Of a DNA stretch of 44,119 nucleotides, positions 33,493 through 44,119 are shown in pieces. Below the pieces are notes generated by a model. That model was not told the DNA's origin, searched no databases, and saw only the letters and a program-made list of their open reading frames with translations. Numbering within the stretch: position 1 is the first letter of the stretch; each line of letters starts with the position of its first letter. Location: NCBI RefSeq assembly GCF_006345805.1, contig NW_021834970.1, forward strand, positions 1-44,119. Reading direction: 5' to 3'. Source of the DNA: Octopus sinensis (Eukaryota). The position numbers and the translations under genes were made by a program.

Positions 33493-36400
33493 ATGCCACA
33501 GAAGTCAAACACCTCGGACAAAACCTTAAATGAGGACATACTCAAAGAACTGAAAAATATTAATTCACAGCTTCTTAACCTGAACAACAAAATCGAGGAA
33601 TCAAACTTACTCGCCCGGGAAAGTAAAAGCAATGAAGATGCAACCCGTTACACTGACCAGGTGAGTAAGGATCTACAACTGTTATATACAACACTGAACT
33701 CAATTTTCATCAACAAATCCGAAAATAATACACAGGCACCTAATGAAACACAGCAGGATACCATACGCACCCAAACCAACCCAACAAAAAGAAAAATAGG
33801 AAACGTTTGGAATACAAACCTGCACAACAGAAAACTCACCTTCTGGAACATGATAAAAAATTCCAACAAAGCAGATATCTACGAGGGATGGATAAACTCA
33901 ACACCAATTATCCTCCCACGCAAATTCCAGATAAAATTAATTCCTAACGAGCCTGACGGACAGAGATCTATTAGAGAAAAGTCAGCTCTGTTCAATTTTA
34001 AATCAGAAATAGAGCTTCTAAGACTCAGGGCCTCCACAAATGAAGAAAAACTTAAAAGCATAGACGAGGAGATGCACAATCAAATACTAAAATATACCGA
34101 GGGACAACCCCTCGATAATACATTGGATCACTGGAAGGATTCCTGTGAGAGAGAAGAGAGAAATTCTCTCCTACGCTGGGAGAAAAACATGGACTTCTTC
34201 CAAAAATATAGTGAAACCTTCAAAAATGAATTGGGTACAAATAATCCCTTCCTTAAGAAAATTACAATAAACAAAAAAGAAAAACCTAACAACCCACGAA
34301 CAACCCCCAACTATCCTCCATACACTAAAAACAGAAATCACCCACAACCAACCTCTACAAACCACGCTAGACCTAACAGGGAACTAGCTGAAAGAGGACG
34401 CGTCTATGAAAGAAATTACACCAAAAACAGAACAAACCAACAACATCTAATACCAGACCCAACCACCATACAGCACAATACGACACTAGGATAAGAAATA
34501 CACCACACACAAATCACTACTACCCCATGAACCAAAACTACTGGTCCCCACTAAACACAAGACAAACGCAAAGAAACACTATGTCAAGCAACATCCCACA
34601 TACAAGAAGTTCGAAACAAAAATATTCCCCATACAGAAATTTTACACACACCACAAGCATTAACAACCATAGATTCCCACACACACACAACGATCGGAGG
34701 CAACAATACCACCACTCCCCCGACCAAATACCACACAACCTCACAGACAACTCATACAAACAAAATTACACCCAACATTTTTTAGCCAGGGACCAGGGAC
34801 ACCAGGACACAGGCTGGAACCTAGTAATAAGGAAAAACCGAAGATAATCAATCTTTCAACCAAACCTCTTTCTAACATAAAAATTGACATCCTCGCAAAA
34901 GGGCTCAAATTTACACCAACTCCACGCAGAGCAAACCTAAATGAACTCAAGGATAATATAACAGAATTTTGCAGAAAATTAAGACTAGCAGAAGCATCAA
35001 ACAGTTTCAATACTGAAGATGAATCACTTGTCAAGAACAAAAGTGAACACATCCCACACAGAGGAAGAAATAAAGATCTTGACGAATTCTGTAACCACAT
35101 TGAGAACTTCCCCTACCATACTATACATAAACAGAAAGCTAACCCAAATTTTAACAATACACAATGGAAAGAACTGATAGAACTCCAAAATGATGAAGAT
35201 ATAACCATTAAGGAAGCGGACAAGGGAAATGCAGTTGTAATAATGGATACATCATACTACAGAAATCTTGTAATTTCCTTGCTTGATGAAGACCTACATT
35301 ATGAAAAAATTACCAACTACACCCCACAAAAAATAATGAAAACTCTATCTTCACTAATTAAAACCCATGAAAAGGAACTGACAACCAAAGAGATTGATTT
35401 CCTAACAAACTTTAAATGCAAACCTAGCCTTTTCTATGGTCTGCCAAAAATTCATAAAAGTCAAATTATAAATGAAACCATTAAAAAATCACCAAAGACA
35501 TACATACACACACCTAATCCGGGGGACCTAAAACTACGACCCATTGTAGCTGGCCCAACCTGTGAAACACACAGACTAAGTCTACTTATGGACATCCTCT
35601 TGAAACCCTTCCTTAAACATATCGATAGCCATATCAGAGATGACTTAGATATGTTAAACCACCTTCCAAAAAAACCAAGGAAGAAACAATCCTGGTTTCA
35701 TTGATGATGTAGTCAACTTGTATACCAGTATACCTCATAATTATGGACTGGAGGCAATACAATTCTGGTTAGACCAATTTCCGGAAGAAATACCAAAAAG
35801 GATCAGTAAAGAATTCATTACTAAATCAATTGAATTCATCCTACACAATAACCACTTCATGTTTGACAATACATTTTACCGTCAAAAATCCGGAATTGCT
35901 ATGGGTACAAGGGCAGCACCAGTCATTGCGAACTTAACAATGGGATACATGGAAATAATCATTTACCAGGAATCTCTATCAATCTTTGGAAACTCCCTCT
36001 CTCAATACATAAAAGAGAATTGGAAACGATTCCTAGACGATTGTTTCATTCTCTGGAATGAAAACATAGATAAACTCCTAAAATTTAAAAACCTATTGAA
36101 CAGCATAAACCCAAATATACAGTTCACAATGGAATACAACCAAAAGGAGCTCCCGTTCTTGGATATACTAATTAAAAAAATTAACCTTAAAATAGAAACA
36201 GACATTTTTTACAAAGCCACAGACGCCAAACAATACCTTCTTTTTAATTCATGCCACCCAAGACACACTAAAACAAACATCCCCTTCAACCTTGCAAGAA
36301 GGATATGCACAATAGTGTCAGAACAAAATACCAGGAACTTTAGACTGCAAGAACTCAAAAACACCCTAATTGACAGACATTACCCAGCTCAACTCATAGA

Positions 36401-37134
36401 GGATGGGATCAGACGTGCAACAGAAATCAACATAGAAACTTTAAGAAAAGTTCAACACAACAACACACCTTCCCCGAAAATACTACCTTACATATCTACA
36501 TACAACCCCAGAAACAAAGAAGCCTTCACCATCATCACCCAGAATTTACCAATACTTCATAAAAACCCAAAATTAAAGGAAATTCTAACATACACCAAAT
36601 CATTAAAAGCTACAAACAGCCTAAATCACTTAAAAAGATTCTCACAAAGGCAAAATTGTCTTCTAAAATTACGGATGCAAAAGTAAAAAAATGTGGTAGA
36701 TCGAACTGTGCAACATGTCCTAACCTATTGGAAGGATCAGAATTCTTCTTTAAAGAGGGACAGAAATTAAGATCAAATCTAACTTTACTTGTGCCTCTGA
36801 AAACATAATTTATGTTATTAAATGCTCGGGCTGCCACCAAGACTACGTGGGTTCCACGGGACTATCACTCAGGCGCAGATGCACACTGCATCGACAACAG
36901 ATTGCATTCCCAGAATATAGAATGATACCTTTTAGTGAGCACATTGAGAAATGCGCAAAGCAACTACTGCCACAATTTTTAATCTTCCCATTTTACCAAT
37001 GTGCTTTCGGATCATCAACACAAATGAGACTGAACAAGGAAACATTCTTCATTGAAAAGTACAAACCCAGACTCAACCATCCGAACATACTGACACAGAG
37101 AGAAATTAACAAGAAATGGAAAAAAAATTTTTAA
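33493..37134 (+). pseudogene. PLE family-A coding region: N-terminal coiled-coil/low-complexity part, RT and GIY-YIG endonuclease; several single-base frameshifts in this assembly
   Basis: KIINLS..KGLKFTPTP, IKEADKGNAVV, FYGLPKIHK, LRPIV, DVVNLYTSIP, GIAMGT, RFLDD, FLDIL, DIFYKATD, KCGRSNCATC, NIIYVIKCSGC..YVGSTG and KETFFIEKYKPRLN. Most 3' breaks are repaired by comparing the four local copies. Confidence 0.93.
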
Positions 37135-37243
37135 GCGATTATCTCCCCTACACCGGAAAAAATCACTCACTACCTCCCCTTATTTAGAAATCTCCTGGAA
37201 ATAAAAACAACGATAATTCCATGCAATATAAACATAACGTCAC

Positions 37244-37283
37244 AAGAAATTTGAAAAGCTACACGCGAAACCGGTAATTTCTT
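37244..37283 (+). ncRNA. Minimal type I hammerhead motif (U3-A8 variant), family A
   Basis: Identical to 33250-33289. Confidence 0.78.
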
Positions 37284-38959
37284 TAAAAATTTTAAAATTA
37301 TGTCATTTTAAGGAAAGGAAAAAAAATTTTTCCAATATTCTCCAGACATTTTGACACAAATATATATATTTTTTAACATTTAAGCCTTCTGTCGTTTTTT
37401 CACACTTTACTATTTTCTTATATATTCACCCACGTGCTTTACCAAACAAACTTTCTTATCTATATATTAAACACGTGAGAACGAAAATGCCACAGAAGTC
37501 AAACACCTGGACAAAACCTTAAATGAGGACATACTCAAAGAACTGAAAAATATTATTCACAGCTTCTTAACCTGAACAACAAAATCGAGGAATCAAACTT
37601 ACTCGCCCGGGAAAGTAAAAGCAATGAAGATGCAACCCGTTACATGACCAGGTGAGTAAGGATCTACAACTGTTATATAAACACTGAACTCAATTTTCAT
37701 CAACAAATCCGAAAATAATACACAGGCACCTAATGAAAACACAGCGGATACCATACGCACCCAAACCAACCCAACAAAAAGAAAAATAGGAAACGTTTGG
37801 AATACAAACCTGCACAACAGAAAACTCACCTTCTGGAACATGATAAAAAATTCCAACAAAGCAGATATCTACGAGGGATGGATAAACTCAACACCAATTA
37901 TCCTCCCACGCAATTCCAGATAAAATTAATTCCTAACGAGCCTGACGGACAGAGATCTATTAGAGAAAAGTCAGCTCTGTTCAATTTTAAATCAGAAATA
38001 GAGCTTCTAAGACTCAGGGCCTCCACAAATGAAGAAAAACTTAAAAGCATAGACGAGGAGATGCACAATCAAATACTAAAATATACCGAGGGACAACCCT
38101 CGATAATACATTGGATCACTGGAAGGATTCCTGTGAGAGAGAGAGAGAGAAATTCTCTCCTACGCTGGGAGAAAAACATGGACTTCTTCCAAAAATATAG
38201 TGAACCTTCAAAAATGAATGGGTACAAATAATCCCTTCCTTAAGAAAATTACAAAACAAAAAAAAAGAAAAACCTAACAACCACGAACAACCCCCAACTA
38301 TCCTCCATACACTAAAAACAGAAATCACCCACAACCAACCTCTACAAACCACGCTAGACCTAACAGGGAACTAGCTGAAAGAGGACGCGTCTATGAAAGA
38401 AATTACACCAAAAACAGAACAAACCAACAACATCATAATACCAGACCCAACCACCATACAGCACAATACGACACTAGGATAAGAAAATACACCACACACA
38501 AATCACTACTACCCCATGAACCAAAACTACTGGTCCCCACTAAACACAATACAAACGCAAGAAACACTATGTCAAGCAACATCGCACATACAAGAAGTTC
38601 GAAACAAAAATATTCCCCATACAGAAATTTTACACACACCACAAGCATTAACAACCATAGATTCCCACACACACAAACGATCGGAGGCAACAATACCACC
38701 ACTCCCCCGACCAAATACCACACAACCTCACAGACAACTCATACAAACAAATTACACCCAACATTTTTTAGCCAGGGACCAGGGACACCAGGACACGGCT
38801 GGAACCTAGTAATAAGGAAAAACCGAAGATAATCAATCTTTCAACCAAACCTCTTTCTAACATAAAATTGACATCCTCGCAAAAGGGCTCAAATTTACAC
38901 CAACTCCACGCAGAGCAAACCTAAATGAACTCAAGGATAATATAACAGAATTAGAAATT

Positions 38960-39855
38960 AAATAGCAGAAGCATCAAATTAATACTGAAAATATCACAAA
39001 ATGAAGTAACAAGAAATAAAGATCTTGACGAATTCTGTAAACACATAATAATAAACAAAAATACAAAATAAAAAAAACTTTAAAATAAAAAATAAACAAT
39101 AAAAAAAATATGTGTCCAAAAAATAAATAAATTAAAAAATAGAAAAAAAATAATAATAATATACTACAAAAAAATTTCCTTAATATAAGATAAAAATAAA
39201 TTAAATAAATTAACCCACAATAAAAATAAAATAAAAAATAAAAATTTTAAATAATAAAAATAAAAAATGATACCAACAAATTATATAATAAATAACATAA
39301 ATAAAAATAATTAAAATTAATAAATAAATATATTAAAAAATTAAAATAATAAAAAATAATAAATATAGAAAATAAATATATAAGAAGAAATTATAAATAA
39401 AAATAATAAATAATTAAAAATAAGAAATAAATAAAGATTAATAATTATAAAAAAAATAATAATCATGAATAAAAATATTATTAAAAACCTAACAAAACAT
39501 ATAAAAATAAATAATAATTTAACGGAATAAAATTTATTAAAAAAAAAAATACAATAAGAAAAAAATAATTCTTGATAAATTATAATAATAATTAAAATTG
39601 ACATGGAATAAAAATAAAAAAAATAAATTTATAATTTAAAGAATAAAAAAATATTAAGAAATTATAAAATATGAAATAAAAATATCCTAAATAATTAATT
39701 TTAATAATTTAAATCTAAAAATATTATATTACAATTTATAATAAAACTTAATAAATATAAAACCCAAAAAATTAAAAAAAATATATAAATCAAATCATTA
39801 AATTAATTAACATATAAAAAAAATGACATAAAATTAAAAAATAAAAATAATAAAC
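38960..39855. other. Extremely A/T-rich garbled segment inside unit 2, probably low-quality read sequence
   Basis: It begins as a progressively G/C-depleted version of 34960-35100. The element then restarts at the equivalent of ~34960 near 39865. Confidence 0.65.
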
Positions 39856-42118
39856 ATACCAAAATTATAAACAGAATTTGCAGAAAATTAGACTAGAAGC
39901 ACAAACAGTTCAAACGAAGATGAATCACTTGTCAAGCACAAAAGTGAACACATCCCACACAGAGGAAGAAATAAAGATCTGAACGAATTCTGTAACCACA
40001 TTTGAGAACTCCCCTACCATATATACATAAACAGAAGCTAACAAATTTTAACAATACACAATGGAAAGAAATGATAGAATCCAAAATGATGAGATATAAC
40101 ATTAAGGAAGCGGACAAGGGAAATGCAGTTGTAATAATGGATACATCATACTACAGAAATCTTGTAATTTCCTTGCTTGATGAAGACCTACATTATGAAA
40201 AAATTACCAACTACACCCACAAAAAATAATGAAAACTCTATCTTCACTAATTAAAACCCATGAAAAGGAACTGACAACCAAAGAGATGATTTCCTACAAA
40301 ACTTAAATGCAAACCTAGCCTTTTCTATGGTCTGCCAAAAATTCATAAAAGTCAAAATATAAATGAAACCATTAAAAAATCACCCAAAGACATACATACC
40401 CACACCTAATCCGGGGGACAAAAACTACGACCCATTGTAGCGGCCCAACTGTGAAACACACAGACTAAGTCTACTTATGGACATCCTCTTGAAACCCTTC
40501 CTTAAACATATCGATAGCCATATCAGAGATGACTTAGATATGTTAAACCACCTCCAAAAAAAACCAAGGAAGAGAAGAAGAAACAATCCTGGTTCATGAT
40601 GTAGTAACTTGTATACCAGTATACCTCATAATTATGGACTGGAGGCAATACAATTCTGGTTAGACCAATTTCCGGAGAAATACCAAAAAGGATCAGTAAA
40701 GAATTCATTACTAAATCAATGAATTCATCCTACACATAACCACTTCATGTTTGACAATACATTTTACCGTCAAAAATCCGGAATTGCTATGGGTACAAGG
40801 GCAGCACCAGTCATTGCGAACTTAACAATGGGATACATGGAATAATCATTTACCAGGAATCTCTATCAATCTTTGGAAACTCCCTCTCTCAATACATAAA
40901 GAGAATTGGAAACGATTCCTAGACGATTGTTTCATTCTTCTGGAATGAAAACATAGATAAACTCCTAAAATTTAAAAACCTATTGAACAGCATAAACCCA
41001 AATATACAGTTCACAATGGAATACAACCAAAAGGAGCTCCCGTTCTTGGATATACTAATTAAAAAAATTAACCTTAAAATAGAAACAGACATTTTTACAA
41101 AGCCACAGACGCAAACAATACCTTCTTTTTATTCATGCCACCCAAGACACACTAAAACAAACTCCCCTTCAACCTTGCAAGAAGGATATGCACAATAGTG
41201 TCAGAACAAAATACCAGGAACTTTAGACTGCAAGAACTCAAAAACACCCTAATTGACAGACATTACCCAGCTCAACTCATAGAGGATGGGATCAGACGTG
41301 CAACAGAAATCAACATAGAAACTTTAAGAAAAGTTCAACACAACAACACACCTTCCCCGAAAATACTACCTTACATATCTACATACAACCCAGAAACAAA
41401 GAAGCCTTCACCATCATCACCCAGAATTTACCAATACTTCATAAAAACCCAAAATTAAAGGAAATTCTAAACATACACCAAATCATTAAAAGCTACAAAC
41501 AGCCTAAATCACTAAAAAGATTCTCACAAAGGCAAAATTGTCTTCTAAAATTACGGATGCAAAAGTAAAAAATGTGGTAGATCGAACTGTGCAACATGTC
41601 CTAACCTATTGGAAGGATCAGAATTCTTCTTTAAAGAGGGACAGAAATTTAAGATCAAATCTAACTTTACTTGTGCCTCTGAAAACATAATTTATGTTAT
41701 TAAATGCTCGGGCTGCCACCAAGACTACGTGGGTTCCACGGGACTATCACTCAGGCGCAGATGCACACTCATCGACAACAGATTGCATTCCCAGAATATA
41801 GAATGATACCTTTTAGTGAGCACATTGAGAAATGCGCAAAGCAACTACTGCCACAATTTTTAATCTTCCCATTTTACCAATGTGCTTCGGATCATCAACA
41901 CAAATGAGACTAACAAGGGAAACATTCTTCGTGAAAGTACAAACCCAGACTCAACCATCGAACATACTGACACAGAGAAATTAACAAGGAAATGGAAAAA
42001 AATTTTTTAAGCGATTATCTCCCCTACACCGGAAAAAATCACTCAATACTCCCCTATTTAGAAATCTCCTGGAAATAAAACACAACGATAATTCCATGCA
42101 ATATAAACATAACGTCAC

Positions 42119-42158
42119 AAGAAATTTGAAAAGCTACACGCGAAACCGGTAATTTCTT
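42119..42158 (+). ncRNA. Minimal type I hammerhead motif (U3-A8 variant), family A
   Basis: Identical to 33250-33289. Confidence 0.78.
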
Positions 42159-42490
42159 TAAAAATTTTAAAATTATGTCATTTTAAGGAAAGGAAAAAAT
42201 TTTTCCAATATTCTCCAGACATTTTGACACAAATATATATTTTTTAACATTTAAGCCTTCTGTCGTTTTTTCAACTTTACTATTTGTTATATATATATAT
42301 ATATATAGTATATATATATATATAGATATATATAATATATAGGTGAATGAATTATCCTATGTTTATTGTCAGCATGGAAAATTCGTTTAACCGAAAACCT
42401 GGGTAGCAAAATTCACGTCAGAAACACGGTTGAAGCGACCTTCCAAGGATAGAGAAAATCCGGGTTCATGTGCAGAAATTTGTCTGTTGT

Positions 42491-42838
42491 ATATGAATAA
42501 ATGAAAGAATGGAGTCGAACGAAGAGTAACAAAATTCCTTACTCTCGATTATTTTACGAAGACAACATGTTTCATTCAAAGGAATAAAGGGTGCATTATG
42601 CAATCTTCTCATCAGGAAAGAAAGGGAGCCTCTCTCGACAACGAGACAAACAACGTTGCGATGATGCATGCATGTTTGTATGTTGTCGAGAGGCGACTCC
42701 CTTTCTTTCCTGATGAGAAGATTGCATAATGCACCCTTTATTCCTTTGGAATGAAAGCATGTGGTCTTCGAAACATATGTCGGATGTAAAGGAATTTGTT
42801 AACATCTTCGTTCGACTCCATTCTTTCATTGATCATAT
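42491..42838. repeat. ~350-bp imperfect foldback (inverted duplication centred near 42660)
   Basis: 42578-42642 and 42682-42749 are near-perfect reverse complements. 42501-42525 matches 42805-42829. The sections between are more diverged. Confidence 0.92.
42700..42792 (+). ncRNA. Type I hammerhead motif with canonical core and a large structured loop II
   Basis: CTGATGA (42710-42716), stem II GAAGA/TCTTC, GAAA (42770-42773), palindromic ACATATGT stem III, GUC triplet (cleavage after 42781). Stem I CCTTTCTTTC/GGATGTAAAGG has one mismatch and one bulge. Confidence 0.72.
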
Positions 42839-43395
42839 ATAATATATATATATATATATATAGGAAAAAGGTACGTAACTTTATAGCTGACTAAATCTAT
42901 AACAATTTATAGACATAACTTAAAAAAGTGTGTGTGTGTGTGGATATTGTTTATATATATATATATGTGTGTGTGGGGTATATATGCATGCATAATATAC
43001 ATATACATATATGCGTGTCTGTATATATATATATATATATATAGATATATATAATACACGAAATATATATATATAATATATATATATAATATATATATAT
43101 ATATATCGAAGTTAGATCAGTAAGCCCTATGGGACATAGGAAAATTTATATAGGTGGTACTATTGATTTTAAATATAGATATGTGCCATTGCACCCAAGT
43201 ATAACTTTAAAAGACCATAAAGAATTCTTCAAGCTGTATAAAAATAGGTATTGTCTGCATCATTCGAAAGAGAGATTAATTGTGCATAAGGTGTAAGAGG
43301 TAGATAAATTTGTATGGTGTTAGTAACAAAATAATTTGTAAGAAATAGAACGTTTATCATCGGTCTTAAATTTATTTTTGCCAGTGTATATATAT

Positions 43396-44119
43396 CCCAG
43401 GTCATCCCATAAGTTCTGTCCTAATTTTGAATAAAGATAACAAGTGATCAAATGTTATGTTTAATTGAAAGTTAATCATCAAACTACTTTCCCTGATTAT
43501 CTCTTACTTCCATCTATTTACTAGCATTTAATCCCATCAATGTAAAACTCTTTTGGTTTCAAAGCGAAAAACTCTGAAATGTCAGTTTAGACCTCCTCCT
43601 GGCTTCGAAAGTTATGTCGACCAAATGATTCTGTAAACTACGAAGCAAATGGTAGTCTGAAGTAGCAAGCCGGGTGAATAAGCTGGATGAGGAATTTTTC
43701 CCAACCGACCTCTTCGATCTTCTGTTATGTGATCTTTGCAGTGTGGGGTTGCGCATTGTCCTGATGAAACATCAGTCGTTTTCGACTCACTAAATCGGTT
43801 CTTTTTTCCTTCAAAGTTTGGTTCAAACGCTCTAAGTACTGACAGTAGACTTGAGCATTGATTGTTGCATTAGGTGGTGACAATATAAAGTGAATTACTC
43901 CTTTGCAATCGCACCAGATAGAGAGAAGAACCTATTCCCCATGAAGTTCCATTCTCGGTTGTGGTTGAGCATTTTCTCTTTCACCAAGCAACTGTTACGG
44001 TGTTTAATATTCGATAGAAGATCCATTTTTCGTCAAAAGTTTATCGAAAAAGGGTTTGAAATGAGTTCGCGGGAAGAGCAGATGTCAACGCGAGATTTGC
44101 GGTTGCTTTTGGACAATTC
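43396..44119 (-). mobile_element. Degenerate mariner element, cut by the window edge
   Basis: Minus-strand remnants DEKWIFY, KGVIHF, TINAQVYC..LERLNQTLKEKR, MFHQDNAQPH and LATSDYHLLRSLQNHL are present. A TIR-like end CCCAGGTCATCCCATAAGTTCTGTCC lies at ~43396-43421 next to TATATA. Confidence 0.88.

Larger units (their letters stand above)
33231..37475 (+). mobile_element. Full-length Penelope-like retroelement, family A, unit 1 (partial 5' terminal repeat, coding region, 3' terminal repeat)
   Basis: 33231-33480 is directly repeated at ~37225-37475. The ATG-to-ATG unit length is 3994 bp (33493 to 37487). The CxxxxCxxC linker between RT and endonuclease resembles Neptune-type PLEs (inference). 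Confidence 0.95.
37476..42290 (+). mobile_element. Family-A unit 2, a head-to-tail tandem copy rich in indels and interrupted by a garbled segment
   Basis: Colinear with unit 1 from ATG 37487 to the terminal repeat. Ends in (TA)n at ~42290. Confidence 0.9.

Noticed and set aside
34492-34494. Stop codon ending the 337-aa ORF as a real ORF1 terminus
   Set aside because: Unit 2 has an extra A at the equivalent of ~34448 that shifts the frame past this stop. A one-base deletion in unit 1 is the simpler explanation.

Overview
This is eukaryotic, very AT-rich DNA saturated with microsatellites and transposable elements. The (TA)n density and the tRNA-derived SINE families suggest an octopus/cephalopod genome, which is an inference. 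I can support no host protein-coding exon, rRNA, true tRNA or CRISPR array. Penelope-like retroelements (PLEs) dominate. One young family (A) forms a ~10.4-kb array inside a (TA)n tract at 31885-42290: an inverted 3' piece followed by two head-to-tail ~4-kb units. A further 5'-truncated family-A copy lies at 2005-3470. Three other degenerate PLE lineages (B, C, D) and several terminal-repeat remnants are also present. Other elements are a 5'-truncated CR1/L2-group LINE, defective Tc1/mariner elements and several SINEs. The most interesting signals are five. (1) A minimal type I hammerhead ribozyme occurs in all five family-A terminal repeats with a non-canonical U3-A8 core, and a hammerhead core with the same change occurs in family B. 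(2) An ~450-codon coiled-coil ORF1-like region upstream of the family-A RT joins it through a correctly phased U UUU UUA heptamer, a candidate -1 frameshift. (3) A canonical-core hammerhead with a branched loop II lies in a foldback at 42491-42838. (4) Outward-facing inverted PLE ends recur three times. (5) A SINE and the LINE share a 3' tail motif. Homopolymer indels and one garbled stretch (38960-39855) indicate unpolished long-read sequence, so frameshift-level claims need checking against accurate reads.
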